This document shows positions 20,037-31,569 of a stretch of DNA of 64,000 nt, piece by piece. The stretch spans positions 96,001 to 160,000 of the forward strand of contig OZ219746.1 of NCBI GenBank assembly GCA_964291265.2, in the 5' to 3' direction. The stretch's first letter is position 1. Each line of letters begins with the position of its first letter. This DNA comes from Alphaproteobacteria bacterium. Lineage in GTDB: Bacteria; Pseudomonadota; Alphaproteobacteria; SP197. The notes beneath the pieces were generated by a model. The model made no database searches, was not told the DNA's origin, and saw nothing but the letters and a program-made list of their open reading frames with translations. The translations under genes and the position numbers were made by a program.

Positions 20037-21115
20037 CAGGCGCCTCCCGTGACCGGTTCGCGGCACCCGGTGGTCGAGGGCTGGCTGAGCGGCAGGCCGG
20101 CAAGGGAGCGCACGGCAAGGTAGGCGAAGGCCTCGGCTTCGAGGCTGTCTCCGTCCCAGCCGACATCTTCGGCCAGCACCACCTTCGCAGGCAGGCGGTG
20201 CTGCAGCGAGGCGACGAGATGCCGGTTGCGGCGGCCGCCGCCGCAGACGACCCACAATACCGGATCGCGCGGCATGAAGCGGCGGGCCCGCACCACGGCC
20301 TCGGCCGTGAGGTCAACGAGAGTGGCGGCGCCGTCAGCCGTCGTCAGGCCGGCAAGGTCTATGGCAACCGCGTCACGGTCCAGTGACCGGGGAGGCGGAC
20401 GATCGAACCACGGGTGATCGTCGAAGACGGCTGCCACGCGATCATGATGGGGTCGTCCCAGGGAAGCCAGGCTTCCGTCCCTGTCGAAGGGTGCCCCGGT
20501 CCGTGCCAGGACCCAGTCGTCAAGCAGCGCTCCGCCGGGTCCGGTATCGAAGGCGATAGGCTCCCCGTCGCCGATCCACGTCACGTTCGCCACGCCACCG
20601 ATGTTGAGGACGCAGACGGGAGAGGGGTCCAGGGCGGCGGCGAGGGCGGCATGATAGAGGGGCGCCAGCGGCGCTCCCTCGCCACCCGACGCCATGTCGC
20701 GGCTGCGAAAGTCGCAGACCACGTCGATGCCGGTGTTCTCGGCCAGGAGGGCGCCGTTGCCGATCTGCCAGGTCAGCCCTTCCGCGGGGCGGTGTGCGAT
20801 GGTCTGCCCGTGAAAGCCGATCACATCGATGTCGTCTGGCGCCGTGCCGGTTCTGTCGAGCAGGCAAGAGACGGCCTCTCCGGCCATCACCGTGAGATGG
20901 TGTGCCGTTGACGGGACATCTCCGCCTCCTCCGAGACACGCCTTGAGGTTGCTGCGAAGAACGGCATCGAAGGGAAGCGTCAGGGCGGCGCCACGGCGTA
21001 CGTCCGTCACGCCGTCTGTCTCGATGAGCGCCGCGTCGATCCCGTCGAGGGAGGTGCCGCTCATCAGTCCGATGGCTTTCTTCACCGGCCTCTGAGCTTC
21101 CCGGTCGACCTTCAT
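20015..21115 (-). CDS. anmK: Anhydro-N-acetylmuramic acid kinase
   Basis: [41 protein letters not shown]. Confidence 0.95.
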   Translation of the reverse strand: MKVDREAQRPVKKAIGLMSGTSLDGIDAALIETDGVTDVRRGAALTLPFDAVLRSNLKACLGGGGDVPSTAHHLTVMAGEAVSCLLDRTGTAPDDIDVIGFHGQTIAHRPAEGLTWQIGNGALLAENTGIDVVCDFRSRDMASGGEGAPLAPLYHAALAAALDPSPVCVLNIGGVANVTWIGDGEPIAFDTGPGGALLDDWVLARTGAPFDRDGSLASLGRPHHDRVAAVFDDHPWFDRPPPRSLDRDAVAIDLAGLTTADGAATLVDLTAEAVVRARRFMPRDPVLWVVCGGGRRNRHLVASLQHRLPAKVVLAEDVGWDGDSLEAEAFAYLAVRSLAGLPLSQPSTTGCREPVTGGACHRARRA

Positions 21116-21195
21116 GGGCCAATCTAATCCCGTGCTCCCGTCATCCGCAAGGTGACGCTTGCCTGATCCGCCGAGCGGCGGCAGACTGCGCCATC

Positions 21196-22449
21196 ATGAG
21201 CGGCCCCGTTTCCGACTTCCTGCGGACGATCATCGACCGCGGGTTCATGCACCAGTGCACCGATCTGCAGGACCTCGACGCGAAGGTCGCGAACGGCCGG
21301 GTCGTCGGCTACATCGGTTTCGATTGCACGGCGCCCAGTCTCCACGTCGGCAGCATGGTCCCGATCATGCTGCTGCGGCACATGCAGCGGTGCGGTCACA
21401 AGCCGATCGTTCTCATGGGTGGCGGCACCACCAAGATCGGGGATCCCTCGTTTCGCGACGAGGCGCGGCCGCTGCTCGACGACGAGTCGATTGCCGCCAA
21501 CAAGGCGAGCATCAGGAAGGTGTTCTCGAGGTACCTTGCGTTCGGTGACGGAGCCACGGACGCCGTGATGGTTGACAACGACGAGTGGCTTTCGGAACTG
21601 CGCTACATTCCGTTCCTGCGCACTGTCGGGCGCCACTTTTCGGTCAACCGGATGCTGTCTCTGGATTCGGTCAGGTCCAGGCTGGAACGCGAACAACCCC
21701 TGTCGTTCCTTGAATTCAACTACATGATCGTCCAGGCCTACGACTTCGTGGAACTGCAGCGACGTTTCGGCTGTACGCTGCAGATGGGTGGATCGGACCA
21801 GTGGGGCAACATCGTCAACGGTGTTGAACTCGGGCGCCGTCTCGTGGATGCGCCGCTCTTCGGTCTGACGGCACCGCTCATCACGACGGCGTCCGGAGCC
21901 AAGATGGGCAAGACGGCGAGGGGCGCCGTGTGGCTCGACGCCGGCATGTGTTCGCCCTGGGACTTCTGGCAGTTCTGGAGAAACACCGAGGACGGTGATG
22001 TCGGTCGCTTTCTTCGCCTGTTCACCGATCTTTCCATCGACGACATCGTCCGCCTTGAAAGCCTCGAGGGAGCGGAGATCAACGAGGCCAAGAAGGTCCT
22101 TGCCAACGAGGCGACCCGCCTGTGCCACGGCGAGGTCGAGGCGAGTCGCTGTGCGGCGACCGCACGAAGCACCTTCGAGGAAGGGGCGGTATCGCGGGGC
22201 CTGCCCGTCACCACACTTCCCCAGGGCAGTTTCGATGACGGACTGGTGGCGTTCGAGGCATTGCACCTCGCCGGACTCGCCGCCACTCGCTCGGATGCCC
22301 GCCGGCTCATCCGGGGGGGCGGCGCCCGCCTCAACGGCACGGTCATTGCCGACGAGTTCCTGAAGATCACCCGTGCCGACCTCGAGAATGGTGCGGTCAA
22401 GCTCTCCGCCGGACGCAAGCGTCACGCCCTCATCGTGCCTGGCCCCTGA
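21196..22449 (+). CDS. tyrS: Tyrosine-tRNA ligase
   Basis: [13 protein letters not shown] (HIGH), [15 protein letters not shown]. Confidence 0.97.
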   Translation: MSGPVSDFLRTIIDRGFMHQCTDLQDLDAKVANGRVVGYIGFDCTAPSLHVGSMVPIMLLRHMQRCGHKPIVLMGGGTTKIGDPSFRDEARPLLDDESIAANKASIRKVFSRYLAFGDGATDAVMVDNDEWLSELRYIPFLRTVGRHFSVNRMLSLDSVRSRLEREQPLSFLEFNYMIVQAYDFVELQRRFGCTLQMGGSDQWGNIVNGVELGRRLVDAPLFGLTAPLITTASGAKMGKTARGAVWLDAGMCSPWDFWQFWRNTEDGDVGRFLRLFTDLSIDDIVRLESLEGAEINEAKKVLANEATRLCHGEVEASRCAATARSTFEEGAVSRGLPVTTLPQGSFDDGLVAFEALHLAGLAATRSDARRLIRGGGARLNGTVIADEFLKITRADLENGAVKLSAGRKRHALIVPGP

Positions 22450-22503
22450 CGGTCTGCGCAGGATCGCGGGCCGGCCGCATCACGCGCGGTCCGGGTCTTC
22501 GGC

Positions 22504-25500
22504 CTATTCTCCTGCGGGCGAATCGGTGAAGAGCTTGCGCAGAATTCCGGGTGCGAGGATGGAGAGAGGGTTGACCCTGACATCCGGATCGTCGGCCGAT
22601 CCGTCAACGTTGAAGGTGAAGGCGAAGATGCCGCCGTCCTCTTCGGTTCCGGTGATGATGTCGCTCAGCAGGGGAATGTTCTCGAACACGGTGTTGAGCG
22701 GATTCGTCGGCACCATGGTGCCGGCGAAACTGACCCGGTCGTGAGCGGTGTCGATGCTGCCATCGAGGAGGATCCTGATCCCCTGCCCGTAGAGGCGCCC
22801 TTCGGCAACGGTGACGCGATCGCCTTCCTGGCGGAAGGGAAGCAGGGCAGAGTCGAAGACGAGGCCTTCGTTGTTCAGGATGTTGGCCAGGCCGGGCAGT
22901 GAAGCGGCGGCAAAGATGTGTGCCATGACAGGGGCGTCATGCACTGCGAAGCGGTCGGCCGTGACGGTGCCGATGACGACCGGGGGAGTCCGTGACTCGT
23001 CGAACCAGCCACTGACCGCGAGTTCGCCTCCATGGATGTTGTCCATTCCGGCAAACACCCGCACGGTATCGCCCATGTTCTCGGCGCGATAGTCGAACCG
23101 GCGTTCGTGCTGCGACACCCTGCGGATCTGCAGGGCCACCAGCGACCCGCCATCGATCTCCCCGGCGGCATTGAGGGTTTCGAACCTGTCGTCGTCAAGG
23201 TCGGCGTCAAAGACGAGATTGCGCACCAGCTGGTCGTCCTCGGTCCACAGGCGGTTGAGCGTACCCGCGACCTTCAGGCGGGGCAGTCGGGCAGTCGCGT
23301 CGTCACTGTCGCCCAGCGGGACCATGTCGATCGATCCCTCACGGATCGTGACGGAATGGAGACCGTCCGGTGAGACTTCGAGCCTTCCGGTGACATCGGT
23401 GCGGCCGAACGCCAGCCTTGCCACGTCCAGTTCTGCGAATTGCGGCCCGATGGTGCCGCTCGCGCGTGCCACGATGCTTCCTGCCTGAATGTCGAGAGCG
23501 CGGATGACGAGCGCATCGTCTTCCTCGATGACGAGAAGGTGGGCGAATCCGGGTTCTCCCGGGGACTTGGCGCCGAGAAGGGTGCCGGAAACGAAGGTGA
23601 GATCCCGAAGGTCCGCGTCCACGCGCCACGAGACTGCGCCGTGTCCCGACACGGTTCGCGACAAGGTAACGTCAACGTCTCCGCTGGAGGCGAGGGGATC
23701 GACCAGGCCCAGTGCGGCGCGATGGTCTGCGTCCATGCGGGCTGTGAGCTGCAGCCGCTCGCGCGCCTCTTCCTCGTCGCCGGCGAATGCCAGCCGCCAG
23801 CTGCCGGCAACAGGCACGCCGTTGATCTCCAGGTCGCCGTCGAGTTCGAGCAGGCCGGGCTGCGCAACGGAGAACGTCCCCTTGCCTCCCGTGACCTGGT
23901 AGCCGGAGACGGGAAGGCCGATACCGTCAAAACTGCCGGCAAGACGGTAGCCTACATCGTCTGTTGCGGGGTCAGTCAGGTCTGCGAGGGTGATGTGAAG
24001 GGCGCCGGAGAGCGAACCGGTGATCAGGTCGGGATCAAATCGTTCCGCTATCCCATAGGACAGGGGCGCCCGGGCAGCGACGGCCAGCACCTCCCCCGCC
24101 GGACCGGCAAGATCGACATGAATCTCCATCACGCCGTCGAATCCCTCCAGTGTCACGAGACCCCGACCGGCCGTGATCGCGCCCGTGCCGCCACCGGAGG
24201 TTTCGATCGAGACCCTGTCGTTGCCCACGGCGACATCACCGTCGACGTCCGCAAGGGGTGGCATGCCACGCAGGTAGTCGATCGTCACACCGTCAACATC
24301 GACCGTGACCTCGAGGCCGGACGTCTCGGGATCATCCGAGGCGAGGTTGCCGAGGGTCGAGTGCATTCCAAGGGCGCCTTCCCTGATGACACCGTTCGAG
24401 AGATTGTTGACGACCCAGTGTCGCGCCTGCGGTGCCGCGGTGGCGGGCCAGTAACGGGAGAGATGGTCGACCGGCAGGTCGCTGACGGCAATGGTCCAAT
24501 CGATGGTGGAATCATCGGTCCAGCCGTTCAGCGTCAGGTTCGCCTCGAAGCTTCCCTCTTCGATGCCTGCCACGAGATGGCTGATCTCCAGCCCCCCGAA
24601 GGCGGGCAGGAACCGTCCCGCCAGCGTGGTCGGACCGAGATCGAGTGGGTTTTCGAAGACACCCCCCATGGCGAGGCGCCCCCCCGCGGAGTCGAGAGTG
24701 AATGAGCCTTCGGTCAACTCAAGTTCATCGTCGAGAGTCAATTGGAACGACGTGTCGAGCAGCAGAGTCGAACCGGAGAAATCAACCGGCGTCGGCATGA
24801 TGTCCGGAAGCGATGCGGGGCCGAGGTTCAACAGCTCCCCCGACACATCGACTCGGGACGTCCCTCGATTATGAACAGCCGAAAGCTCGAGGGGAAGCGA
24901 CCGGGATTCGGAGATGAGAACGGTTTCGAGGTCGATGCGCAGCACATCGTCATCGCGGGCGATGACGAGAAGGGAATCCGGCGCATCCCAGGCAAGGCCG
25001 CTTCCCAGGTCCTCGAGGACGATGTCGGCCCCATCGAAGCGGACATGATGCAAGCGGTCCAGGGGTGGCATGGTGCCGGCGTGAAGCACCCGGTCGAGAA
25101 GCGGGCCGTCCGGCGATCCGTCCGTCGGCATGTCGGCCAGCGCATAGCCGAGGCTGCCACCGATTTCCCGAACGAGCCGGATCCTGGCTTCGGTGATCGT
25201 CATGCCGACGGGCCGCAACTCCGCCTCGATCAGTGCCGACAGGGACATGTCGAGTTCGATGTCCCGCGATTCGAAGATGGTGGCACCTTCCCTGTCGAGG
25301 ACACGAACGTCGGAAAGTCCGAGGCGGTAGGTTGTCCGCCAGTCGCCGCCGGAGAGAGCGGCATCGGACGCCTCGAATGAGAAGCCCGGGACGCTCCTTT
25401 CGATCATGCCCATCACCCAGGGCGTTGCCCCGCCGAGAAGGATCGGACCATCCTGGAGTCTCCAGGCGAGCCCCAGAAGCGCCAGAATGATCAGGCCGGC

Positions 25501-25575
25501 GAGGATTCCCAGACCGTGGATGAAGGTCCGCAGCAGGCGGCGGCCTACAATTCCGGCATACCGCACGGGAGCCAC
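22504..25575 (-). CDS. AsmA/YhdP-like (DUF3971) lipid-transfer protein; start uncertain
   Basis: N-terminal transmembrane helix, beta-rich body, C-terminal VNPLSILAPGILRKLF. Confidence 0.8.
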   Translation of the reverse strand: MAPVRYAGIVGRRLLRTFIHGLGILAGLIILALLGLAWRLQDGPILLGGATPWVMGMIERSVPGFSFEASDAALSGGDWRTTYRLGLSDVRVLDREGATIFESRDIELDMSLSALIEAELRPVGMTITEARIRLVREIGGSLGYALADMPTDGSPDGPLLDRVLHAGTMPPLDRLHHVRFDGADIVLEDLGSGLAWDAPDSLLVIARDDDVLRIDLETVLISESRSLPLELSAVHNRGTSRVDVSGELLNLGPASLPDIMPTPVDFSGSTLLLDTSFQLTLDDELELTEGSFTLDSAGGRLAMGGVFENPLDLGPTTLAGRFLPAFGGLEISHLVAGIEEGSFEANLTLNGWTDDSTIDWTIAVSDLPVDHLSRYWPATAAPQARHWVVNNLSNGVIREGALGMHSTLGNLASDDPETSGLEVTVDVDGVTIDYLRGMPPLADVDGDVAVGNDRVSIETSGGGTGAITAGRGLVTLEGFDGVMEIHVDLAGPAGEVLAVAARAPLSYGIAERFDPDLITGSLSGALHITLADLTDPATDDVGYRLAGSFDGIGLPVSGYQVTGGKGTFSVAQPGLLELDGDLEINGVPVAGSWRLAFAGDEEEARERLQLTARMDADHRAALGLVDPLASSGDVDVTLSRTVSGHGAVSWRVDADLRDLTFVSGTLLGAKSPGEPGFAHLLVIEEDDALVIRALDIQAGSIVARASGTIGPQFAELDVARLAFGRTDVTGRLEVSPDGLHSVTIREGSIDMVPLGDSDDATARLPRLKVAGTLNRLWTEDDQLVRNLVFDADLDDDRFETLNAAGEIDGGSLVALQIRRVSQHERRFDYRAENMGDTVRVFAGMDNIHGGELAVSGWFDESRTPPVVIGTVTADRFAVHDAPVMAHIFAAASLPGLANILNNEGLVFDSALLPFRQEGDRVTVAEGRLYGQGIRILLDGSIDTAHDRVSFAGTMVPTNPLNTVFENIPLLSDIITGTEEDGGIFAFTFNVDGSADDPDVRVNPLSILAPGILRKLFTDSPAGE

Positions 25576-25629
25576 TTGACCGCGACGGTCGGTCTGACCA
25601 CGGTTAACACAGTATGTCCTGGTGCCGAC

Positions 25630-28407
25630 ATGACCTTCCGGACCCTTGAAGAGATCGCCACCCTGCCGGAACCATACGACAGGGAACAGGCAATCGTGTG
25701 GCGGGAACGCTGGCTGGCTGCCTGCGATCTTCTGCCCGAAGTCAGGGAAGTGTCGCACGAGTTGGGCCGTGATGCCACCGGGAGTGCCCTGCTCGACGCC
25801 GTGTTCGGCAACAGCCCCTACCTGGCTCGCTGTCTTGTGCGGCATCCGGGACTCGTCTCGCTCTGGGCGACCGCGGGTCCGCAGGCCAGCGTGCGGTCCG
25901 CCCTGAATTACCTTGTCGGAGACGAGGCAGGACACGACCTCGCGCGCCGGTTGCGTCAGGCGCGAGCCATGATCGCCGTGGCGACGGCCCTCGGCGACAT
26001 CTCCGGGTTGTGGGACTGGCGGGAGGTGACCGGCGCCCTCTCCGACTACGCCGAAACCGCCTGCCGCGTTGCCACGTCCCACCTCCTCGCCGGAATTCCC
26101 GGGGGGGGCGGCCGGCGTGACGACCCGGCAAGGGAGAGCGGCTTCATCGTTCTTGCCCTGGGCAAGCTCGGGGGCCGCGAACTGAACTACTCGAGCGACA
26201 TCGATCTCATGGCGCTGTGGGACGATGAGCGGTTTGCCCGGTTTGGCCCGGATTCACGGGCGGTCGCGGTGCGTCTTGTCCGGAGCTTCATCAGGCTGCT
26301 CCAGGAGCCCACGGCCGACGGTTTCGCCCTGAGGACGGACTTCAGGCTGCGCCCCGACCCCAGGGCCACGCCACTCGTCATGTCGGTCGATTCCGCGGAA
26401 CTCTACTACGAGAGCCTGGGCCAGAACTGGGAACGTTCGGCCATGATCAAGGCGCGCCCGATCGCCGGCGATCTGGAGGCGGGCGAGGCCTACCTGGCAC
26501 GGCTCAGCCCCTTCGTGTGGCGCCGCCATCTGGATTTCGAGGCGATCAGGGACATTCACGCCATCCGGAGGAAGATTCATGCCGAAAGAGGTGGAGAGGT
26601 CATCCGGGTTCCCGGTCACAATCTCAAGCTGGGCCGCGGCGGCATACGGGAGATCGAGTTTTTGGCCCAGGCGCACCAGCTGATCTTCGGTGGCCGCAAC
26701 CCGGACCTGCGGCGCCGGGCGACCTGCGATGCCCTCGACGCGCTCCGCGACGCGTCGCTCATCGACCGCCGGGCATGCCTCGACCTCAAGGAAGCGTACG
26801 CTGAACTGCGCCGTGTCGAACACCGCCTGCAGATGATCGACAACGCGCAGACGCACGAGGTTCCCGTTGGCCCGGGACGACTCGACCACGTCGCGACCTT
26901 CCTTGCACAGCGAGACCGCAGGGCGTTCGCCGATCACCTCGAGGGTGTGCTGCGGTCGGTCGAATGTCACTACAGCCGCTTCTTCGAATCCGACGACGAG
27001 GCTCGGCCCGGGCCTGGGGCCCGGGAGGGGGACCTGGTGGTCGCATTGCAGGAGATGGGGTATGTCGATTGCGCCGGGATGGCAGCGCGCCTTGAGTCCT
27101 GGCGCGCCGGCGAGGTTCGGGCCCTGCGTCACGAACGGTCACGAGAACTCGTCGAATCGCTGCTTGCGCGCCTGCTGGCCGGGATGGCGGCGACCGGGGA
27201 TCCCGACAGGGCGCTGCGGGCCTTTCACGAGTTTCTCTGCCGCCTTCCGGCCGGCGTGCGGTTCCTTTCCCTGCTGGAGCGGCATCCGCGTCTCATCGAT
27301 CTCGTGGCCGGCATCATGGCAACGGCTCCGCGCCTCGCTGCCATGCTCGGTGCGTCCCCGGTTCTCCTTGACTATGCCCTCGCCGGCGAGTTCGGCGAAC
27401 CGTTGCCGGCGAAGCCCCTTCTCGACGACGACCTCGCCGCCAACCTCGAGATGGCGGAACACGAGGAAGATCTGCTCGACCGGGTGCGTCGCTGGTTCCA
27501 CGACCGCGAGTTCCGCCTCGCGGTCCGTCTCCTTGAAGGAGATGACGATCCCGCCGGAGCCCTCAACGACCTCGCCAACCTGCGTGATGTGGTCGTGGCG
27601 CAGCTCTTCCGCCGCTCGGTTGCCCGATTTGGTGAGCGGCACGGGTGTCTGCGGAGCGGCGAACTGGCCATTCTGGCGACGGGTCGCCATGGCAGACGCA
27701 CGTCTGCCTTCGAAGCGCCCATCGATCTTGCCATCATTCATCGCCACGACGACCCGGAGGCGCGTTCCGAAGGGCCGAGACCGCTGGATGCACGGACTTG
27801 GACCGACAGGCTGGTGCAACGCCTGCTGACGGCCTTGACGGTCACGACCAATGCCGGCCCTCTCTTCCAGGTCAGGCTCGATCTCGTTTCTCCTGACCGG
27901 GTCTCTTCGCGGACCTCGAGTCTCGAGAGTCTGTGCCGCTCGGATGCGCCTGCGGCGGACCGGTCAGTCCTCGCCGGCGCCAGGGTGGTCGCGGCAACGG
28001 GATCCCTTGGTGAGGACATCGACCGGGTCATCGCCCGTGCCCGATCCGGGGACGTGGCCGAACCTCTTCCAGTCAGTGGGGCGACGCTCGATCAGGCGGA
28101 GTGGCTCTGCCGCATGACGCCGCCTTCGCGCGATCTTGTCGCGGCGCGAGACCTGCTGCTCGGAGTGTGTGCGATGAGAGAGTGCGCCCTGGGGAAATCG
28201 TCGTCGGATCCTTCCGCGGCCTACATCGACCGTCTTGTCCGTCTTACGGGATCGAGAGATGCCGGTGAGCTGCAGGATCGTCTCGACCGCGCACGCCATG
28301 ACGTGGAATCCGCATTCTCCTGCATCCTCCGCACTCGTGATCAGACCGGGGTCAGGTCTGTCCCGATGCCTTCAGATCCTGCGCCCCGTGGTCCGTCATC
28401 GGGGTGA
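25630..28407 (+). CDS. glnE: Glutamine synthetase adenylyltransferase/removase
   Basis: ALGKLGGRELNYSSDIDL, DFRLRPDP, WERSAMIKAR, NLKLGRGGIREIEF; second nucleotidyltransferase domain degenerate. Confidence 0.9.
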   Translation: MTFRTLEEIATLPEPYDREQAIVWRERWLAACDLLPEVREVSHELGRDATGSALLDAVFGNSPYLARCLVRHPGLVSLWATAGPQASVRSALNYLVGDEAGHDLARRLRQARAMIAVATALGDISGLWDWREVTGALSDYAETACRVATSHLLAGIPGGGGRRDDPARESGFIVLALGKLGGRELNYSSDIDLMALWDDERFARFGPDSRAVAVRLVRSFIRLLQEPTADGFALRTDFRLRPDPRATPLVMSVDSAELYYESLGQNWERSAMIKARPIAGDLEAGEAYLARLSPFVWRRHLDFEAIRDIHAIRRKIHAERGGEVIRVPGHNLKLGRGGIREIEFLAQAHQLIFGGRNPDLRRRATCDALDALRDASLIDRRACLDLKEAYAELRRVEHRLQMIDNAQTHEVPVGPGRLDHVATFLAQRDRRAFADHLEGVLRSVECHYSRFFESDDEARPGPGAREGDLVVALQEMGYVDCAGMAARLESWRAGEVRALRHERSRELVESLLARLLAGMAATGDPDRALRAFHEFLCRLPAGVRFLSLLERHPRLIDLVAGIMATAPRLAAMLGASPVLLDYALAGEFGEPLPAKPLLDDDLAANLEMAEHEEDLLDRVRRWFHDREFRLAVRLLEGDDDPAGALNDLANLRDVVVAQLFRRSVARFGERHGCLRSGELAILATGRHGRRTSAFEAPIDLAIIHRHDDPEARSEGPRPLDARTWTDRLVQRLLTALTVTTNAGPLFQVRLDLVSPDRVSSRTSSLESLCRSDAPAADRSVLAGARVVAATGSLGEDIDRVIARARSGDVAEPLPVSGATLDQAEWLCRMTPPSRDLVAARDLLLGVCAMRECALGKSSSDPSAAYIDRLVRLTGSRDAGELQDRLDRARHDVESAFSCILRTRDQTGVRSVPMPSDPAPRGPSSG

Positions 28408-29029
28408 TCCGGTATCGGCAGCGGCCGCTCCCCGCCATCAGATGATCGATGCGTTCGACCTTCACCTTGCGGCCGAGAATGTTCTGGAACATCTGGAGTT
28501 CCGCCGTGCACAGTTCACTGCATGCGCGCGCGGCGGCGGCAATGGAACAGTGGTTCTCGATGAAGACGTGACTACCGTCCTCTTCCTGATGCCATTCCGC
28601 CATGTATCCCTCCACCGTGCGCTGGTCGGCGAGGACAGCGAGTCGGTCCTCCGTGGAACTGCCGGTCTCGATGAAGGAACGGTATCTCTCGGTTGTTTCA
28701 CGGCGATAGGCCGTGATCAGCTTTCTCACCCCCGATGTGCCGAAGACCTTGCGCACGCTTCGAAGGAGTGCCTCGGAGAGGTCGAGATGGTTGTCCGGAA
28801 ACTCGCCGTTCCCCCTCGACGTCAGGGCCCAGATCCGGGCCGGACGCCCGACGCCCGACCAGAATTCCCGGTAGTCGGTCAGGCGGTCCGCATGCAGGCG
28901 ATTCAGGTGCTGGCGCACGGCGACCGTGCTGATATCCAGGTGGGAAGCGAGGGTCGATGCCGACATCGGTCCCTGTGTCTTGAGCAGAAACAGGATCCTC
29001 TGCCGTGCATGTCTCCTGATCTGCGCCAT
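28352..29029 (-). CDS. SufR-like HTH metalloregulator
   Basis: HTH (ISTVAVRQHL), GRP motif, ENHC...ELC..EL...RCRY cysteines. Confidence 0.8.
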   Translation of the reverse strand: MAQIRRHARQRILFLLKTQGPMSASTLASHLDISTVAVRQHLNRLHADRLTDYREFWSGVGRPARIWALTSRGNGEFPDNHLDLSEALLRSVRKVFGTSGVRKLITAYRRETTERYRSFIETGSSTEDRLAVLADQRTVEGYMAEWHQEEDGSHVFIENHCSIAAAARACSELCTAELQMFQNILGRKVKVERIDHLMAGSGRCRYRITPMTDHGAQDLKASGQT

Positions 29030-29280
29030 GCAGCACAGTGATGCATGCGCCCGCCGCGGTCAAGGCGCCCGGACGGCAACGGCCGATCCCGACATCGCCG
29101 TGCAAGCGATTGGAGTACGGCGTTGTCTGTTCGCCTGCGCTGGCCGTGGACGGCCATGTCAAGGTCTGCCACGGCAAGGGCCAGGTGTCGAAGCACATCG
29201 TCGTGCGCCGGAAGCTCTGCCTTCCGGCCACGGCACGCTCCTGGATCAACGCCCTTTCGGGCACCCGCTGGTGTGTCAGG

Positions 29281-29330
29281 GAGTTCGCCGTTCTTCCCCG
29301 TCGCTGGGTTGTGGAGAGGACCTTTGCCTG
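29281..29330 (+). mobile_element. IS5-family transposase relic
   Basis: Encodes FAVLPRRWVVERTFA. Confidence 0.6.
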
Positions 29331-29349
29331 TTCTCACCGGGCGGCACGC

Positions 29350-29872
29350 ACGCGAAGGCGGGTGAGTTCGCAGGTATTGACGACTTCGAGACGGCAGCGT
29401 TTCTCGATCCGATGCTACTGATCGTTGTCGAAACGACGAGACCGAGCCTTCGCTGGCACACAAGCGTTGGTCTCGGCGCGAAGCTGGCAAGACCGTGATC
29501 GACGGTGAGATTGTCGCCGTGCGGCTCACGGGCGACTGCACGGACCAACCCATCGTCGCACTCCGCGATGCACCGGCCCTTGTCGGCCAGCCTCGAAGCT
29601 CGCTTCACGCCCTCCATCAAGGCTGGATCGACACGGTACAGGCGTAGGCGTTGCGTGCTGCGGGAATCACCGGTATCTTCTCGTTGCCGTCCTTGAGGGC
29701 CGTCGCGGCTGACCGGGCGGCAACGCTGCGAAAGCGTCGCCTGTTGGACGACAGGATCGTAGAGACTTGCGCGGCTGCGGATAAGGAGAGCGAGGTTTAC
29801 CGCCGCGTCGAGATGAATCTGGAGCTTGGGCGCCTTCGCACCGACCGCGAGGCCGCGCGAGCCAAGTCGTGA
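29350..29872 (+). pseudogene. Relics of an SNF2-helicase C-terminus and a DUF4391-like gene upstream of type III mod
   Basis: GEFAGIDDFETAAFL and ...KESEVYRRVEMNLELGRL; position just before mod. Confidence 0.45.
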
Positions 29873-29887
29873 ACGGAGCGGAACTCC

Positions 29888-31040
29888 ATGGACAAGATCG
29901 GCGGCGGCGATCCGGAAACCTGCTCGTCGGATGTCGTCACCGAGAAACTGCAGCACCTGAAGGCACATGTTCCCGGATGCGTTCACTGATGGCATGGTCG
30001 ATTTCGAGGTGCTCAAGCAGCTTCTCGGCGGTACGGTGGAGGAGCGCGAGGAAAAATACGGCCTTACCCGGCACGGCAAGCGACAGGCGAGACAGCACGC
30101 TCTGACGCCGTCTACCGGAACACTGCGCCCATGTCCGGAAGATAGCGTCGATTGGAATACGACCCGGAACCTGATGATCGAGGGCGACAACTTGGAGGTG
30201 CTGAAGCTTGTACAGAAAAGTTACGCAGGGAAAGTGAAGCTGATCCACATCGACCCACCCTACAATACGGGAAAGGACTTTGTCTACCCGGACGACTACA
30301 GGGACAGCATCCGAAGCGACCTGGAATCAACGGGACAGACGAACGGCGAGAGCCGAAAACTGTCGTCGAATACAGAGACATCCGGGCGGTATCACGCCGA
30401 TTGGATGAGCATGATCTATCCGCGACTGAAGGTCGCGCGAAATCTTCTGGGCAATGACGGCTTCACCCTGATGTCGATAGACGAAAACGAAGACTCCCAT
30501 TTGCGTATCTTGTGTGATGAGCTGTTTGGTTCGGAGAATTTTCTCTCGACGGTGACTTGGCGCCGCAAGAGAGAATCATCCAATGACGGAAAGGGGTTTG
30601 CCGTAAAAGGAGAGTTCCTATTGGCCTTTGGACGTGGTGAGGAAGGACAGCCGAATCGTCTTCCTCTTTCGGAATCATACTTGAATTCATCATATGGCAT
30701 CGACCATATCAGGCCCGACCGGAGCGAGCAGCACATCCTTTACGAGTTGCTGCTGAAGCTGGACCTCGATCTCTGCGGGCCCATCGAGAACCGGACCGTC
30801 GGTGGCAAATCCGTTCATTCGGTCGGGGCCGGCACGTTGATTTCCTGCTTGGACAAGAGGATTTCCCGTGAGGATGCCGAGACTTTGGCGCTCGGCATCG
30901 CCGAGTGGCGCGACGAGCTGGCGCCCGCCGGCGACACCGTCGCCATATTCCAGGACAGCGCCATCACAGACGACGTTGCCAAGACGAACCTCGCCGTGAT
31001 CCTTGAGCAGCGCGGTCTGGGGAATGTCCGAAGCCTGTGA
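29888..31040 (+). pseudogene. mod: Type III RM methyltransferase Mod, N-terminal frameshift and internal deletion
   Basis: IEGDNLEVLK, IHIDPPYNTG and WMSMIYPRL present; TRD and FxGSGTT motif absent; no res gene follows. Confidence 0.85.
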
Positions 31041-31065
31041 CGGGGCGAGATGAAGAAGATGGCCG

Positions 31066-31320
31066 ATGAACCGGCATGAGCGGCTGTTGCAGACCATTCT
31101 CGGTGGACGATCGGACGCGAACATCCGCTTCGCCGACCTTCGATCTCTGATGCAGCATCTGGGATTCGAGGAACGCATACGCGGAAGCCACCACTTTTTC
31201 GACAAGGTTGGGATTGTGGAGATTGTCAACCTGCAAAGCCGCAGCGGGCACGCCAAACCCTATCAGGTGAAGCAGGTCCGGCAGTTGATCCTGAAGTACG
31301 GACTGGGGAGAGATAACTGA
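31066..31320 (+). CDS. hicA: HicA-family toxin
   Basis: 84 aa; LGFEERIRGSHH, AKPYQVKQV. Confidence 0.88.
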   Translation: MNRHERLLQTILGGRSDANIRFADLRSLMQHLGFEERIRGSHHFFDKVGIVEIVNLQSRSGHAKPYQVKQVRQLILKYGLGRDN

Positions 31321-31532
31321 TGCACAAGTATGAGATAATTCTCTACTGGAGCAACGAAAACCAGGTGTTCATCGCCGAGGTGCCTGAATTGCCCGGGTGC
31401 ATGGCACACGGTGGCAGCCAGGAAGCCGCTCTCAGGAACGTAAACGACGCCATGAAGTTCTGGATCGAACGGGCGCAGGAATTGGGACGGCCCGTCCCTC
31501 AGCCGAAGGGCGAGCGCCTGATGCTTGCATGA
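31320..31532 (+). CDS. hicB: HicB-family antitoxin (short form)
   Basis: AEVPELPGCMAHG..QEAAL, coupled to hicA. Confidence 0.9.
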   Translation: MHKYEIILYWSNENQVFIAEVPELPGCMAHGGSQEAALRNVNDAMKFWIERAQELGRPVPQPKGERLMLA

Positions 31533-31569
31533 TCGCGAACGACGATGACCGCATCGAAATTGGCGCTTG

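Noticed and set aside
25576-26082. N-terminal extension of the 1192-aa AsmA-like ORF
   Set aside because: It overlaps glnE on the opposite strand and precedes the expected N-terminal TM helix.
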